A stretch of 59,039 nucleotides of DNA, taken from the IMG/VR virus record IMGVR_UViG_3300033149_005336, positions 1-59,039 of that record, one strand, 5' to 3'. The notes under the pieces are model-generated. The model saw nothing but the letters and a program-made list of their open reading frames with translations, searched no databases and was not told the DNA's origin. A program made the translations under genes and the position numbers. The DNA comes from a virus. Its lineage: Duplodnaviria > Caudoviricetes. Of the stretch, positions 31,002-40,477 are shown piece after piece. Numbering within the stretch: the first letter of the stretch is position 1; each line of letters begins with the position of its first letter.

Positions 31002-32744
31002 TTATGTGTGACCCCATGCCATAATGCGAACATCAACTGCGGAAGAATTAACCCAAGCTGATCCGTTATAATAATGAAACGGGTAATTACTAGCGGTGCG
31101 TAATTCAATGGTACTACTGGTAACCTTGTTCACAAAAGTTCCCATGCTCGTGGTCACTTGCCGCGACGAACACACGGCTGCATAATCATTATTGGTGTGA
31201 TCCCTTACCCAAGCGATCACGAAGTCGGGCACTACCGATAAACCATGACTGACGGAAATCGTAGCATTGGCGCCGTAACCGGCCCCCCCATTGGTGAGCC
31301 AACCGGAATCATAAAATCGCCCGGAAGTCGATCCGGCGCTAAAATCAAGTCGGGCAGGGTCCAAATTTCCTGTCAACTCGCTGGCGTTCAGGTTCGTCAA
31401 CGCCGAGGCATCAACAGCGCCGAAGGTGCCCCCGGAAATCTTGTCGCCCGCCAACGTGGGGATTCTTGCCGTGTCAAATGTTCCAGTGGTTATTTTGCTG
31501 GCATCTAAAGAGGGGATATTCGCTGCCGTCCACGTTCCGGCGTAAGTCACGGAACTATCTAGTGCGCCCTTCAAGGTTGGTGCTTCAAAGGTGCCGTCAT
31601 TGAAAAAAGTGAAAGTCTTATAACCTAAGGCAGCAGCAACATTTATTTCAAGTTTCGCCTGACAATTCGATCCAGTTTGAGTAGCAATGATCGAAGCACC
31701 ATTACTCCAAGATGATGAGGCAACGCCAGAAAATATGATAGTACCAAGCCTGTCACCAGATTGAGTTGTAGCTATTTCATTAAATGTAGTTGTATGAGAA
31801 CGACGTAAGTGTAATTTGGGCGCGAAGGTGCTGTATTCGGAATACGTTTCTGCGACGTACCCTCCTCCCGAAGATACATATTTTACAATACATGCACCAC
31901 CAGCCCACAATTGCGCGGTTGTTTCATTTGTACCATCAATCTCTGCAACAACCTCAACTGAAGTGCCTTTTACAGATAACGAAGTATTGTCCCACTTCAT
32001 ATAACTATCTTCCCCCCCGAACTTACACGTTCCGTCACTGGCGATATAGACCGTCCAGGCACTACCGTCGTAGTACCCCATGTAGCTGGATGTCAGCCAC
32101 AAGCCAGCGGCGTCCGGCGTGCCGGATAAATCCGCGCCTTTGACCGAAAGCCTGATACGACCGGTGGACGAATCAATACCGTTATATTGGTCGGCGGTCA
32201 TTTTCCTGTAGCTGGTCGTGTCCACGACGTTGGCGTCAAGTTCGATCTTTCCGGCCGTGATAGTGGTGTTGTAAATCGGATTGCCCACCAAGACCCAACT
32301 TGTCCCGTCCCAGCGGTAGGTCTCGCCCTGGTACTTGCCGCCCCCGTCGGCGGTGACGTACCAAGTATCGCCGGTATCGGGCGAGGCCGGCGGGCTGGAA
32401 CCGGCCGAGGCGAAGGTGGCGTTGCCGCTGCCGGTGGACGTGAAGGTCATCTCGCCGGTATCTTCGTCGATGGTGATCGTCTGGCCGCTGCCGGCGGTAA
32501 ACGTCAGCGTGCCGTCCTTGGCGGCGTCCCAAACGTTCGTGCCGTCGGTAGCCCGCTGGAACCCTACCTTGGCCCGCGTATTGAACATCTCCAGCAGCGT
32601 GCTCAGCGCTCCGTGCAAACGCTGGCAATATTCCGTCAGGGCCGCCACCGTCGCCTCGGTGGTGTCCTTGGCGGTCGGCGGCGGCGGTAATTCCCCGCCG
32701 GGATCGTAACCGAGCAAACTCGTATTGGCGTAGTTGTCCGTCAT
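31002..32744 (-). CDS. Tail fibre protein
   Basis: Thr/Gly/Ser-rich, GDTWY and WDGTSW motifs, IPSLDASKITTGTF repeats, SHGLSVVPD C-terminus. Confidence 0.8.
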   Translation of the reverse strand: MTDNYANTSLLGYDPGGELPPPPTAKDTTEATVAALTEYCQRLHGALSTLLEMFNTRAKVGFQRATDGTNVWDAAKDGTLTFTAGSGQTITIDEDTGEMTFTSTGSGNATFASAGSSPPASPDTGDTWYVTADGGGKYQGETYRWDGTSWVLVGNPIYNTTITAGKIELDANVVDTTSYRKMTADQYNGIDSSTGRIRLSVKGADLSGTPDAAGLWLTSSYMGYYDGSAWTVYIASDGTCKFGGEDSYMKWDNTSLSVKGTSVEVVAEIDGTNETTAQLWAGGACIVKYVSSGGGYVAETYSEYSTFAPKLHLRRSHTTTFNEIATTQSGDRLGTIIFSGVASSSWSNGASIIATQTGSNCQAKLEINVAAALGYKTFTFFNDGTFEAPTLKGALDSSVTYAGTWTAANIPSLDASKITTGTFDTARIPTLAGDKISGGTFGAVDASALTNLNASELTGNLDPARLDFSAGSTSGRFYDSGWLTNGGAGYGANATISVSHGLSVVPDFVIAWVRDHTNNDYAAVCSSRQVTTSMGTFVNKVTSSTIELRTASNYPFHYYNGSAWVNSSAVDVRIMAWGHT

Positions 32745-34411
32745 ATCTGGCCCATGTCCTGAGTATCAATCACGATCCGGCCGAGCAGGAGCTTCTGACC
32801 GGCGGTGTTGTTGCGGAACTTCAAGCGGAAACCGTAACCGGTGACGTTCATATCCACGTGGTAGCGGTCCCAAGTGCTACCCACCGTCACCGACTGGTAG
32901 CTGCCGGAAGTCCCCCCGGCGCCGTCGGTATAGGTGGCCCCGTCGTCGGTACTGACCGAGATCTGGACGCTACTGGCCGCGCCATCGCCGGACGCCTCGA
33001 ACCAGACGGTCACCGGTTTGAACTTATTCTTCAGGTTCATAATGATCGTCGGGGTGGTGATGTAAGCATCGATGGCCGTATTGCCGTCGTCGGTGCTGCT
33101 GTAGTCCAACCGGTAGATATTGCCCGACCCGTCGGAAAAGACCGGCTGGGAGACGACGCTGCTGGATTCAGGAAAGTCGTAGTCACCCATCCCGGCGATC
33201 ACATCGGCATAGTCCCACTTCTCCCAGCGGCCCTCCCGGATGAAGTACACGTAGAACAGCGTCGGCAGGGTATCACTACTGCCGGTGGGAATAGCGAACA
33301 TCACCGCGTTCAATTCCCGCAGGTAATGTGCCCAGGCCCGGTCGGCATAGCGATAACCGTTGCTTGTGCCGGTATTGATGTTATCGAAAAACTCCGTCCG
33401 TATCGGATCGCCAATGGGGATACGGTTCTTGCCGCCGTAGTAGGCGTAGATTTGCCGGTCGGTGGAAGCGTAATAGATCGCCTCACCGTCGGAGGCGTGC
33501 AACCGCCAAGCGTACAGGCCCGCCCCGGTAATCTTCGGCTCGAAGTGGAACGGGGCGGTACTGACCCCGGTGAAGAAACAGTTATAGACCGCCTTCTCCA
33601 GGAAGATCACCAGCACGTTGTTGCCGAGCACGCTGCCGGCGAGGATGGCTCCGTATTCCGTGCGGAGGTCTTGGTAACCCGCACCGTCGGTATTCACATC
33701 GTCCCAGTCGGCCGAGGCCGTAAAGTGCGCCAAATCACTCCAGCGGACCCGCTGGAAAAATTCCGTGTAGGTATCAGGAGAAGTACTATCATCGGTGCAC
33801 TCGTTCGTGTGCAGCAGAAGTAAATGATCGGCGAAAGCTACCGCAGCTTTAGCGTAGTGATGAATATTGGCTCCCGGATCGGAATCATCGTCATGGTATC
33901 CGTCTCCACCTTCCAGCTTAGCCAACGATGTTTCCGGTTCGTTGGTATAGACTACTGCATAGAAACTTCCTCCGACTCGCTTGGTATCGGCCTGGCAGAC
34001 AATCAGGTAATTCTTGTAGTCGTCGCTAAGCTCAACAATCTCAGTAGTCGTGAAGAATACGTCCTTGCCGGTCCCGGAAAGAACTGATGTCCCTTTGTCC
34101 GCCGACCAGTCGCCAGTGGCGGTACTCTTGTAATGAGCATAGCTGTCGGCGCTATCGCCGGTGGTGGTTCCGAATCCCCAGAATCGTTTTTTCCCCGATA
34201 CGCCGTCTTGGTAGTGGTGTCCATGCAGGAAGATGGCATCATCCGTCCAGTTTGAACCGTTATCAGCGACATAGCCGGTCCGTTTGCGGGCCACACCGTC
34301 CTTGACGGTGAAGTTCTGCATATCGGGGCTTTGGCCCAACGCCAGGCGGTCGCGGGCCGTACCGGTATTGAGCCCTCCGAGGAATCCGCTGATGACAATC
34401 GGCTGCGGCAT
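32741..34411 (-). CDS. Tail tube/nozzle (P22 gp10/T7 gp12-like) protein
   Basis: FLGGLN start, RVRWSD, beta-rich; podovirus gene order. Confidence 0.7.
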   Translation of the reverse strand: MPQPIVISGFLGGLNTGTARDRLALGQSPDMQNFTVKDGVARKRTGYVADNGSNWTDDAIFLHGHHYQDGVSGKKRFWGFGTTTGDSADSYAHYKSTATGDWSADKGTSVLSGTGKDVFFTTTEIVELSDDYKNYLIVCQADTKRVGGSFYAVVYTNEPETSLAKLEGGDGYHDDDSDPGANIHHYAKAAVAFADHLLLLHTNECTDDSTSPDTYTEFFQRVRWSDLAHFTASADWDDVNTDGAGYQDLRTEYGAILAGSVLGNNVLVIFLEKAVYNCFFTGVSTAPFHFEPKITGAGLYAWRLHASDGEAIYYASTDRQIYAYYGGKNRIPIGDPIRTEFFDNINTGTSNGYRYADRAWAHYLRELNAVMFAIPTGSSDTLPTLFYVYFIREGRWEKWDYADVIAGMGDYDFPESSSVVSQPVFSDGSGNIYRLDYSSTDDGNTAIDAYITTPTIIMNLKNKFKPVTVWFEASGDGAASSVQISVSTDDGATYTDGAGGTSGSYQSVTVGSTWDRYHVDMNVTGYGFRLKFRNNTAGQKLLLGRIVIDTQDMGQI

Positions 34412-34428
34412 GGCTGTTGCCCTCGCAC

Positions 34429-34827
34429 CTACGTATTGTCACCGAAGACGAGGTATTCGACGACCGCCGTGGTAGTCGCGCTGAGGTTCTTGACGTAGGT
34501 CTCCTCTCCCGCGCCGTAGCTCGGCACCACGAAGATCGCCTGGCCTTGCGTGAGCACGAAGTCACCCGCCGTCCATTGCGTGCCGTCGGCCAGGTCCACC
34601 GAGACCCCCGTGGCCGCGGTGGTCCCCCCGGTGACGACGCGCAGCCACAGGCCGGTAACGGTATCGATATTGCCGGTAGTGATCTGGATACTGCTCTCGG
34701 TGGCGATCTCGGCGTATTGATAGGCCGCTTCGTCCACGCCGGTAACCTGGAACTGACAGGTGGAAATCGGCAGATGGCCCAGGTCGGTCAGGGCCAAGCT
34801 CAAGGTAACGGTTGCGGTTCCGGCCAT
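34429..34827 (-). CDS. Virion structural protein
   Basis: Thr-rich beta protein; GGAGG RBS. Confidence 0.6.
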   Translation of the reverse strand: MAGTATVTLSLALTDLGHLPISTCQFQVTGVDEAAYQYAEIATESSIQITTGNIDTVTGLWLRVVTGGTTAATGVSVDLADGTQWTAGDFVLTQGQAIFVVPSYGAGEETYVKNLSATTTAVVEYLVFGDNT

Positions 34828-34828
34828 T

Positions 34829-35179
34829 TCAGTTGCCTCCTGCGCGCAAGCGCTCATAGAGGTTATCTATCTGTTCCAGCACGCGATCCTGCTTGTTATT
34901 GATCTGTTTGAGGGACCGGTCCACGTCGCCGAACCGCCGAGCGGTGATCTCCTGCATGGCGGTGATTTTTTCTTCCAGTATCTGCCGCTCTTGGGCTTCC
35001 AGGGCGTGCCGGCGGTCGCATTCGACCTGGCTGAAGGTATCGCCTGCCCTGCCGTTATGATTCTTGCGGCGGGCCATCAAAGTTTTGGTCACGATGCCGG
35101 CTAAGTAGGTCAAGCCGGCCAGCGGAATGCTGATGGTCACCGTCTGCTCGAAACTGCTGCCTTGGGCCAAGATCATCAT
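34829..35179 (-). CDS. Membrane protein (one TM plus coiled coil; holin-like)
   Basis: ISIPLAGLTYLAGIV followed by coiled coil. Confidence 0.5.
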   Translation of the reverse strand: MMILAQGSSFEQTVTISIPLAGLTYLAGIVTKTLMARRKNHNGRAGDTFSQVECDRRHALEAQERQILEEKITAMQEITARRFGDVDRSLKQINNKQDRVLEQIDNLYERLRAGGN

Positions 35180-35206
35180 CGTTGTCCATCTCCGTCGCTT
35201 TCATAC

Positions 35207-35890
35207 TTACGGTCCGTAATCGACCATCTGGTCGATCGTATCAATGGGCTTTTCCGCCTCCCACCGTCGCTCCAACAATTCGTCAACCAGCCGTCGTTGG
35301 TTTGCCGCCAGCACCGCCAAGGAGGCGTCGTTGACGCTCTTGAAGTGCAGGGCCAGCCACTTGGCCGTCTGGATGATCTCTTCGTCGAAATCCCGCAGAA
35401 CGGGCGTGTCGGTATCGTCGCTCATATCGCGGGGGGCTTGGCCGTATTCCAGCCAGAACCTGCCGTGGAGTTCGTCATCGCCGGGTACGGGGCAGACCTC
35501 CAGGGTATTGGCCCGCTGGACGTATTCCTTGGGCGGCCCGGTATCGTAGTCCGGTAGGTAGGGATACAAGCGGTCCCAGCTTTCCAAGCCCCCCACGTGC
35601 ATCTCCAATCGCCAGAAATTGCCTTCCGTAGTGTCGATGTAGCGGACAGAGATGATCCTGCCGACCGGCTTGTCGCGGAAGACGTTCAAGTCATATTCGT
35701 ACACGCCGCTTTGGCAAGCCAAGGTGGTCTTGTCCAACACGTGGATGTCGCGCAAGGCGGGATATTCCCAAGCGATGTGGCGGATCGCCGCGTTGATCCA
35801 GCGCTTGGCGCGCGTGTCGGTCACGACGGACGTATCGCCGCCCAACTCGGCCTGCAATTCATCGACGAGTTCGCCGAAGTTCAAGGCCAT
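35207..35890 (-). CDS. Head-tail adaptor
   Basis: LNFGELVDE..AKRWINAA, GPPKEY..LEVCPVP. Confidence 0.75.
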   Translation of the reverse strand: MALNFGELVDELQAELGGDTSVVTDTRAKRWINAAIRHIAWEYPALRDIHVLDKTTLACQSGVYEYDLNVFRDKPVGRIISVRYIDTTEGNFWRLEMHVGGLESWDRLYPYLPDYDTGPPKEYVQRANTLEVCPVPGDDELHGRFWLEYGQAPRDMSDDTDTPVLRDFDEEIIQTAKWLALHFKSVNDASLAVLAANQRRLVDELLERRWEAEKPIDTIDQMVDYGP

Positions 35891-35902
35891 GACGCACCTG
35901 CC

Positions 35903-36094
35903 TTACTTCAACATGCGGGTGGCGATCCGCTGGGCCTCTTTCTTGGTACGGGCGACCATCACCTGCCGGTTGTAGTTCTGGTCGAGGGCGCTGATCACAT
36001 AGCCGTTGCGGGCCTTTTCCACCGTCACTTCCTTACGCGGGTTCGGTACCGGCCCAATTGTTTTCGTTGCCTTTTTGGTAGCTTTCTTTGCCAT
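35903..36094 (-). CDS. Small basic protein
   Basis: MAKKATKK...VTVEKARNGYVIS; GGAG RBS. Confidence 0.65.
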   Translation of the reverse strand: MAKKATKKATKTIGPVPNPRKEVTVEKARNGYVISALDQNYNRQVMVARTKKEAQRIATRMLK

Positions 36095-36205
36095 GGGTTT
36101 CGTGCTCCGTGATTTCTATCCGGCGACGGGGGCGGACCGGTCGTCCGTGACCGGCCCACCTGCCGCCGGAGGAGGAAGAAAAAAGCCACATTCCGCCGTT
36201 CGCCG

Positions 36206-36877
36206 TTACAAGCCGATGAACATGAAGGCGAACTCCAAGCCGCTCGTCGGCGTCGGCGTGATCTCCACTTCGGCCATCAAGCCGGAAGGCGTGGTAGCGC
36301 CGCTAACCGATCCCAAAATCAGCAGGTCTCCGGCGGCTACCGCGGTTCCGGCGGCTCCATCGAAAGCATCGCTAGTACTAGCGATTGTCTTGTACTCGCC
36401 GTCGGCCGGGAACGCTTCTTTGGTGGTTCCCGCTCCGGTCATGTGGTCGTCCACGTCCTTCGTACCGTCGGAGATGACGTTGCCGAGCTTGATGTAGCCG
36501 TTGGCCCCCGTGCTACACGAAGTCTTGTTGTACACGGTCAAGCGGCTGATGGTTCCGGCCACCGGTACCCTGCCGATCGGCACGTCCACCCAATCGTTGG
36601 TACTGACGTGGACGGCATCGTCACCGACCGTACTGAGGATAATCGGCTCAGTATAGCGCGTGACGGTTACGGCCCCGTTGGTGACGGTCATGTCCGTGTA
36701 AAGCACTTCCGTCACCCCGCTGGTAGCGCTCAGGGGCACCAGGTGGGCCGCGAAGATGCGCGTCAGCCGGACGGGAACCTCCACCGTCGTGTCCGTGCCG
36801 CTGAAACTGTACTTGCCGTGGTTGCAGCGGTGGTTGCCGACACGGCCCCAAAACATTTCTGCATCGTTCCATGCCAT
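36206..36877 (-). CDS. Virion structural protein
   Basis: Thr/Gly-rich; follows capsid decoration gene. Confidence 0.65.
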   Translation of the reverse strand: MAWNDAEMFWGRVGNHRCNHGKYSFSGTDTTVEVPVRLTRIFAAHLVPLSATSGVTEVLYTDMTVTNGAVTVTRYTEPIILSTVGDDAVHVSTNDWVDVPIGRVPVAGTISRLTVYNKTSCSTGANGYIKLGNVISDGTKDVDDHMTGAGTTKEAFPADGEYKTIASTSDAFDGAAGTAVAAGDLLILGSVSGATTPSGLMAEVEITPTPTSGLEFAFMFIGL

Positions 36878-36894
36878 ATCAATCACCGCCTTTC

Positions 36895-37461
36895 TCAAAC
36901 ATCAGCCGCTGTTGCGAACGCCAGGCACTTCAGGCCGGCAGCCAGTGGTTTCAGGGCGATCTTGTCCGTCGTATTCAAGTCATAGGCTGCCAGCGGTGAG
37001 GTCGCCGTCACGTTCCCGTCCGTCGTGATCGTATCACTGGAAGCCGCCAGTTCGCTGCAATACGACGTAGGCGGCAGCCAGCCGATCCAGAACCAGCCGT
37101 AGTAGCCGTCCGTCATGGCACTGAGAGCAATAGCGAGGAACGAGTTGGGGTTCGCCGTGGCGGCGTCACCGTCGTTGGTCACGGTGGTCATCTCACCCGT
37201 CGCCGCCACACACGGGTGTCCGGCCGCCAAGGTGACCGCGCCAGCCGTGTACTTGAAGTAGCCCAACAGGCTGTAGCCGCCTTCCGTGTGGTCCAGCACG
37301 GAAACCTTGTAGCCCAACGGATAAGCCGGGCTGGCCACATTGTGGTGGGTGCTGTTGGTAAAGTGCTGCCCATTGCTGTCCGCCGGCGGCAAGGCGTCCT
37401 GGTGGACAGGCCCCGGAGCATTGTCATAAATCACGATGTCATTGTAGTCGAGGGTTGCCAT
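36895..37461 (-). CDS. Capsid decoration/cement protein
   Basis: Directly after the capsid gene; YYGWFW motif. Confidence 0.7.
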   Translation of the reverse strand: MATLDYNDIVIYDNAPGPVHQDALPPADSNGQHFTNSTHHNVASPAYPLGYKVSVLDHTEGGYSLLGYFKYTAGAVTLAAGHPCVAATGEMTTVTNDGDAATANPNSFLAIALSAMTDGYYGWFWIGWLPPTSYCSELAASSDTITTDGNVTATSPLAAYDLNTTDKIALKPLAAGLKCLAFATAADV

Positions 37462-37577
37462 TGGTTAATCACCGTCCTTTCCATTCCGAGTTAGCGGCCG
37501 AGGGTTCTGCCCGTCGTCGCGGTATTGCACAACACCGACGACGGGCATGGAACTCGGTCCGAACATCTCAAGGGTTA

Positions 37578-38729
37578 TCAACTCACTTGGCACCGCATGA
37601 TGTTGCGGCGCGGCATGTCGCAGGTCAGTTGACCTTTCCACTTCACCCGGGCCAGCGAGACTTCCCGCCCGCCGATGATCTTGTCTTGCGGGAAGAAGTC
37701 GGTCATCTCGAACGGTCCGACGCCGGTGTCGCGGTCCTCGTAGTACCGCAGGTGCCAGGTTCGCAGGTCCAGCCCGAAGACGAACTGGGTACCGGCAAAG
37801 CTGGTGTCGCCGTTGTAGGTGGAATCACCTACCAGGCCGGCGGACGTGCTGGACGAGCCGGTCAGGCCGACCTTGGCCGTGTAGTGCGTGCAGGTGGTCG
37901 CCGTCATGCGGTCGAGCAGGTGGTCCTTGGCGATCTCCACGCCGCGGTACATCATCGAGTCGAAGCCCTGTTTGGCGACCAGGGCCTCCGGCTTGTAGAT
38001 GTTGGCCGCCTCGAACTCCGCCGCCAGCCGCCGCCAGAGCGTCGGACCCATGATGAACAGGTAGTTGCTCGGGTTCGGCGTCGGCTCCGTGTCGATGTCC
38101 TCGGCGTACTCCGTCATCGCGTCGATCCACTCGTCCAGCTTGCTCTTGTTGAGCGTCACCGCGGCGAAACTGTTGCTGTAGTCGGCGGCGTTCCACTCCG
38201 TGTAGGCCGCCGTCGTCCGCGGAATCCCGCCGTAGGTGGTGCTTTCGTAGGCCGTGGTGCCCTGCGGGGGCATCAAGGCGGAGGGAATCCCCTGGACGTA
38301 GGTGTGCTCGGCGTCGATTTCGGTGTCCGTGGCACAACCGTAGATACGGTCGGCGATCTTCAACTTGATCGCCACGACCGCCTGCTTGGCGATCAGATTG
38401 CGCAGTTGAATGAGCTGCGCGTCCGTTTCCGGCAGGTTCATCACCCGCTCGTCCACGGATTCCTCGACGGGGCACTGCATATATGCGACGTGCCAGTGGG
38501 GCTTCTCGATGATTTCCTTCGAGCCGCCCTGTAATCCGTCGTTCGGCCCGTATTCCTGGACCAGGGATTTCAGCGTCGCCGACTGGTACATCTGCTCGTA
38601 ACGAACGCCGCCGGCGACAATCTGTTTGCGTTCGTTGAGACGGTAGAACAAGGGAATGCCGTAGGTGACGGCGCTGCGCCACGTTTTATCCAGCAGTTCC
38701 CTCGTTGCTTGGGTGAGGTTACTTGCCAT
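37578..38729 (-). CDS. Major capsid protein
   Basis: 383 aa after scaffold; TYGGIPR and W.GQL.C..PR motifs. Confidence 0.85.
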   Translation of the reverse strand: MASNLTQATRELLDKTWRSAVTYGIPLFYRLNERKQIVAGGVRYEQMYQSATLKSLVQEYGPNDGLQGGSKEIIEKPHWHVAYMQCPVEESVDERVMNLPETDAQLIQLRNLIAKQAVVAIKLKIADRIYGCATDTEIDAEHTYVQGIPSALMPPQGTTAYESTTYGGIPRTTAAYTEWNAADYSNSFAAVTLNKSKLDEWIDAMTEYAEDIDTEPTPNPSNYLFIMGPTLWRRLAAEFEAANIYKPEALVAKQGFDSMMYRGVEIAKDHLLDRMTATTCTHYTAKVGLTGSSSTSAGLVGDSTYNGDTSFAGTQFVFGLDLRTWHLRYYEDRDTGVGPFEMTDFFPQDKIIGGREVSLARVKWKGQLTCDMPRRNIMRCQVS

Positions 38730-38775
38730 GCGTCATCACATCCTTTCTCAGACGCAGGAAGGCCCCTCCCTCCGG

Positions 38776-39678
38776 TCAAGCCAGACCGGCCCGACGCCGG
38801 TTGCGGGCGTCAATGGCCGCGGCGACCTCGGCAAAAGAGCCTTCCGGTATCTCGTCACTGGGCGGCGCGCCCCCGGTGCCCGTGTCCACGGGCGCGGTAG
38901 GCTTGCCGCGTTTGGACGGGGTGGCGGACTTGTTGCCGGCGGCATCGGCCAGATCGCGATAGGCGTTCTTGAGCGCCGTCTTGATCCAAGCGGCGCGCGC
39001 CTTGGGCGGCATCGACTCGACCTCGTACTCGACGAACTCCTGATTGACGCGCTCCAAGGCGGCCTTGCGGTGCTCGGCGCCGTATTGCTTGTCGAGGGCG
39101 GTACATTCGGCGTCCAGCATCCGCTCGCCTTCCTGACGCAACCGCTCTTGTCGCTGCTGCTCGGTCTCCGCCCGTAGCTCGTCGATCACGCGGCGCGATT
39201 CTTCCAGTTGCCGCGTGCTCTGGCGCAGGGCCTTGTCGAGTTGCAGGACGCGCTTCTTCAGGTTGTCGTATTCGTCGAGACTGGGGTCTTCGACGCTGGC
39301 GTCGTCGAACTGCTCCTGCAAGGATTGCAGTTGCTGCCGCGTCTTTTCCAACTCGGCCTGAAGCTCGGCATTCTGCCGACGAAACTCCGCTTCCCGCCGG
39401 TTCGCTGCCGCCAATTCATCGCGGAATTGGCGCTCCTTATCCCAGTGTTGTTCCGGCTGAGCGGTGGTCTCGGAGGGCTCTGCGGGCGCATCCTCAACCG
39501 TCTCGTCCGAGGCGGTATCCTCGGCTTCTCCAGCGCCGGAGCCGCCTTCGTCGCCAGCGGCTTCGTCGGCGAACCACCGGGCGTTGCCACCGGCCTGAGG
39601 GCGCACCAAGCGCGTCAGCCAATTGCCGAACAGCAAGTCATCTGCGTTCCCGTCCGTTCCCAACACACTACGAAACAT
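38776..39678 (-). CDS. Scaffolding protein
   Basis: Acidic N-terminus, coiled coils, immediately upstream of capsid. Confidence 0.75.
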   Translation of the reverse strand: MFRSVLGTDGNADDLLFGNWLTRLVRPQAGGNARWFADEAAGDEGGSGAGEAEDTASDETVEDAPAEPSETTAQPEQHWDKERQFRDELAAANRREAEFRRQNAELQAELEKTRQQLQSLQEQFDDASVEDPSLDEYDNLKKRVLQLDKALRQSTRQLEESRRVIDELRAETEQQRQERLRQEGERMLDAECTALDKQYGAEHRKAALERVNQEFVEYEVESMPPKARAAWIKTALKNAYRDLADAAGNKSATPSKRGKPTAPVDTGTGGAPPSDEIPEGSFAEVAAAIDARNRRRAGLA

Positions 39679-39841
39679 CTATCCATCTCCTTTCCGCCCC
39701 GGTGGTGCAGCGCTTGTCCGCATCCCGGCGCTTCCAAGGTCAACTTCCCGGCTGCGGCTCGCCTTCGCCCCGGCGGCAGCACCTGTCCGCCGCCGGCGGT
39801 CCGAAAGTTGCCCAGCCGGACCCGTCCATCGGTCCACGCCG

Positions 39842-39880
39842 AAAAAAAAGGGGCTGCGCGGAAGATTCCCGCACAGCCCC
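39842..39880 (-). terminator. Intrinsic terminator
   Basis: GGGGCTGTGCGG/CCGCGCAGCCCC stem followed by T8 on the - strand. Confidence 0.7.
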
Positions 39881-39954
39881 GTGACTGACTGTGAGTGTCA
39901 CGCCTCTACAACGCAGTTGGCCGACTGCGAGGCGTCAGCTTTTTTCGGCGTGGG

Positions 39955-40212
39955 TTACACGCTCGTTACGTTCTTGCTCGTTTTTGCTCCTTTGGTCGTT
40001 GTCTTGGTCGGTTTGGCTTCCGGCGGTTGCCAGCCGAAGGCCCGGCCGACTTCGCCGAAATCGTACTTCATCGTGCCGGCCTTGGCGTTGTATTCGTCCA
40101 CCGCCTCCCGGCAGGCCAGCTTCGCGTTCAGTCCTTGATCGTAGAGCTGTCGCCATCTCTCAAGCAGAGACGCCGGAAGGCTCGGTTTCTTTTGCTGTTT
40201 CTCTTTCGCCAT
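39955..40212 (-). CDS. Hypothetical basic protein
   Basis: AAGGA RBS. Confidence 0.55.
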   Translation of the reverse strand: MAKEKQQKKPSLPASLLERWRQLYDQGLNAKLACREAVDEYNAKAGTMKYDFGEVGRAFGWQPPEAKPTKTTTKGAKTSKNVTSV

Positions 40213-40468
40213 CGGTTGTTCCTTTCTCGTCGGCGCCACTCTCGGGGCCGACCCATTTATCGCATGTGTGCCAAACCGTGACAGGTAATTGGCAGTAACG
40301 GCTTTCCGGGTTCTTGCAGACGAACAAGAACCCTACCATCTGCGGTTGATTGTTGGCACCGGGCGTGGCTATCGCCGAATCCGGCAACACCAAGCAGGCC
40401 GCGGGTGCCCGCTTCGGCCAGCGTCTCCGACATGTCCCGCAGATCCGCTTGTTTCGTTTTTCTTCCAT
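40160..40468 (-). CDS. Hypothetical Cys-rich protein
   Basis: CGTC...CKNPES..C..W; GAGG RBS. Confidence 0.55.
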   Translation of the reverse strand: MEEKRNKRICGTCRRRWPKRAPAACLVLPDSAIATPGANNQPQMVGFLFVCKNPESRYCQLPVTVWHTCDKWVGPESGADEKGTTDGERETAKETEPSGVSA

Positions 40469-40477
40469 TTTCTGTCC

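Noticed and set aside
37212-37220. Self-targets of other TIGR spacers (e.g. ACGGGTGTC here, TAACTCATT near 53033)
   Set aside because: Isolated 9-mer hits without the partner half-site are expected by chance; an exhaustive search was not possible by eye.
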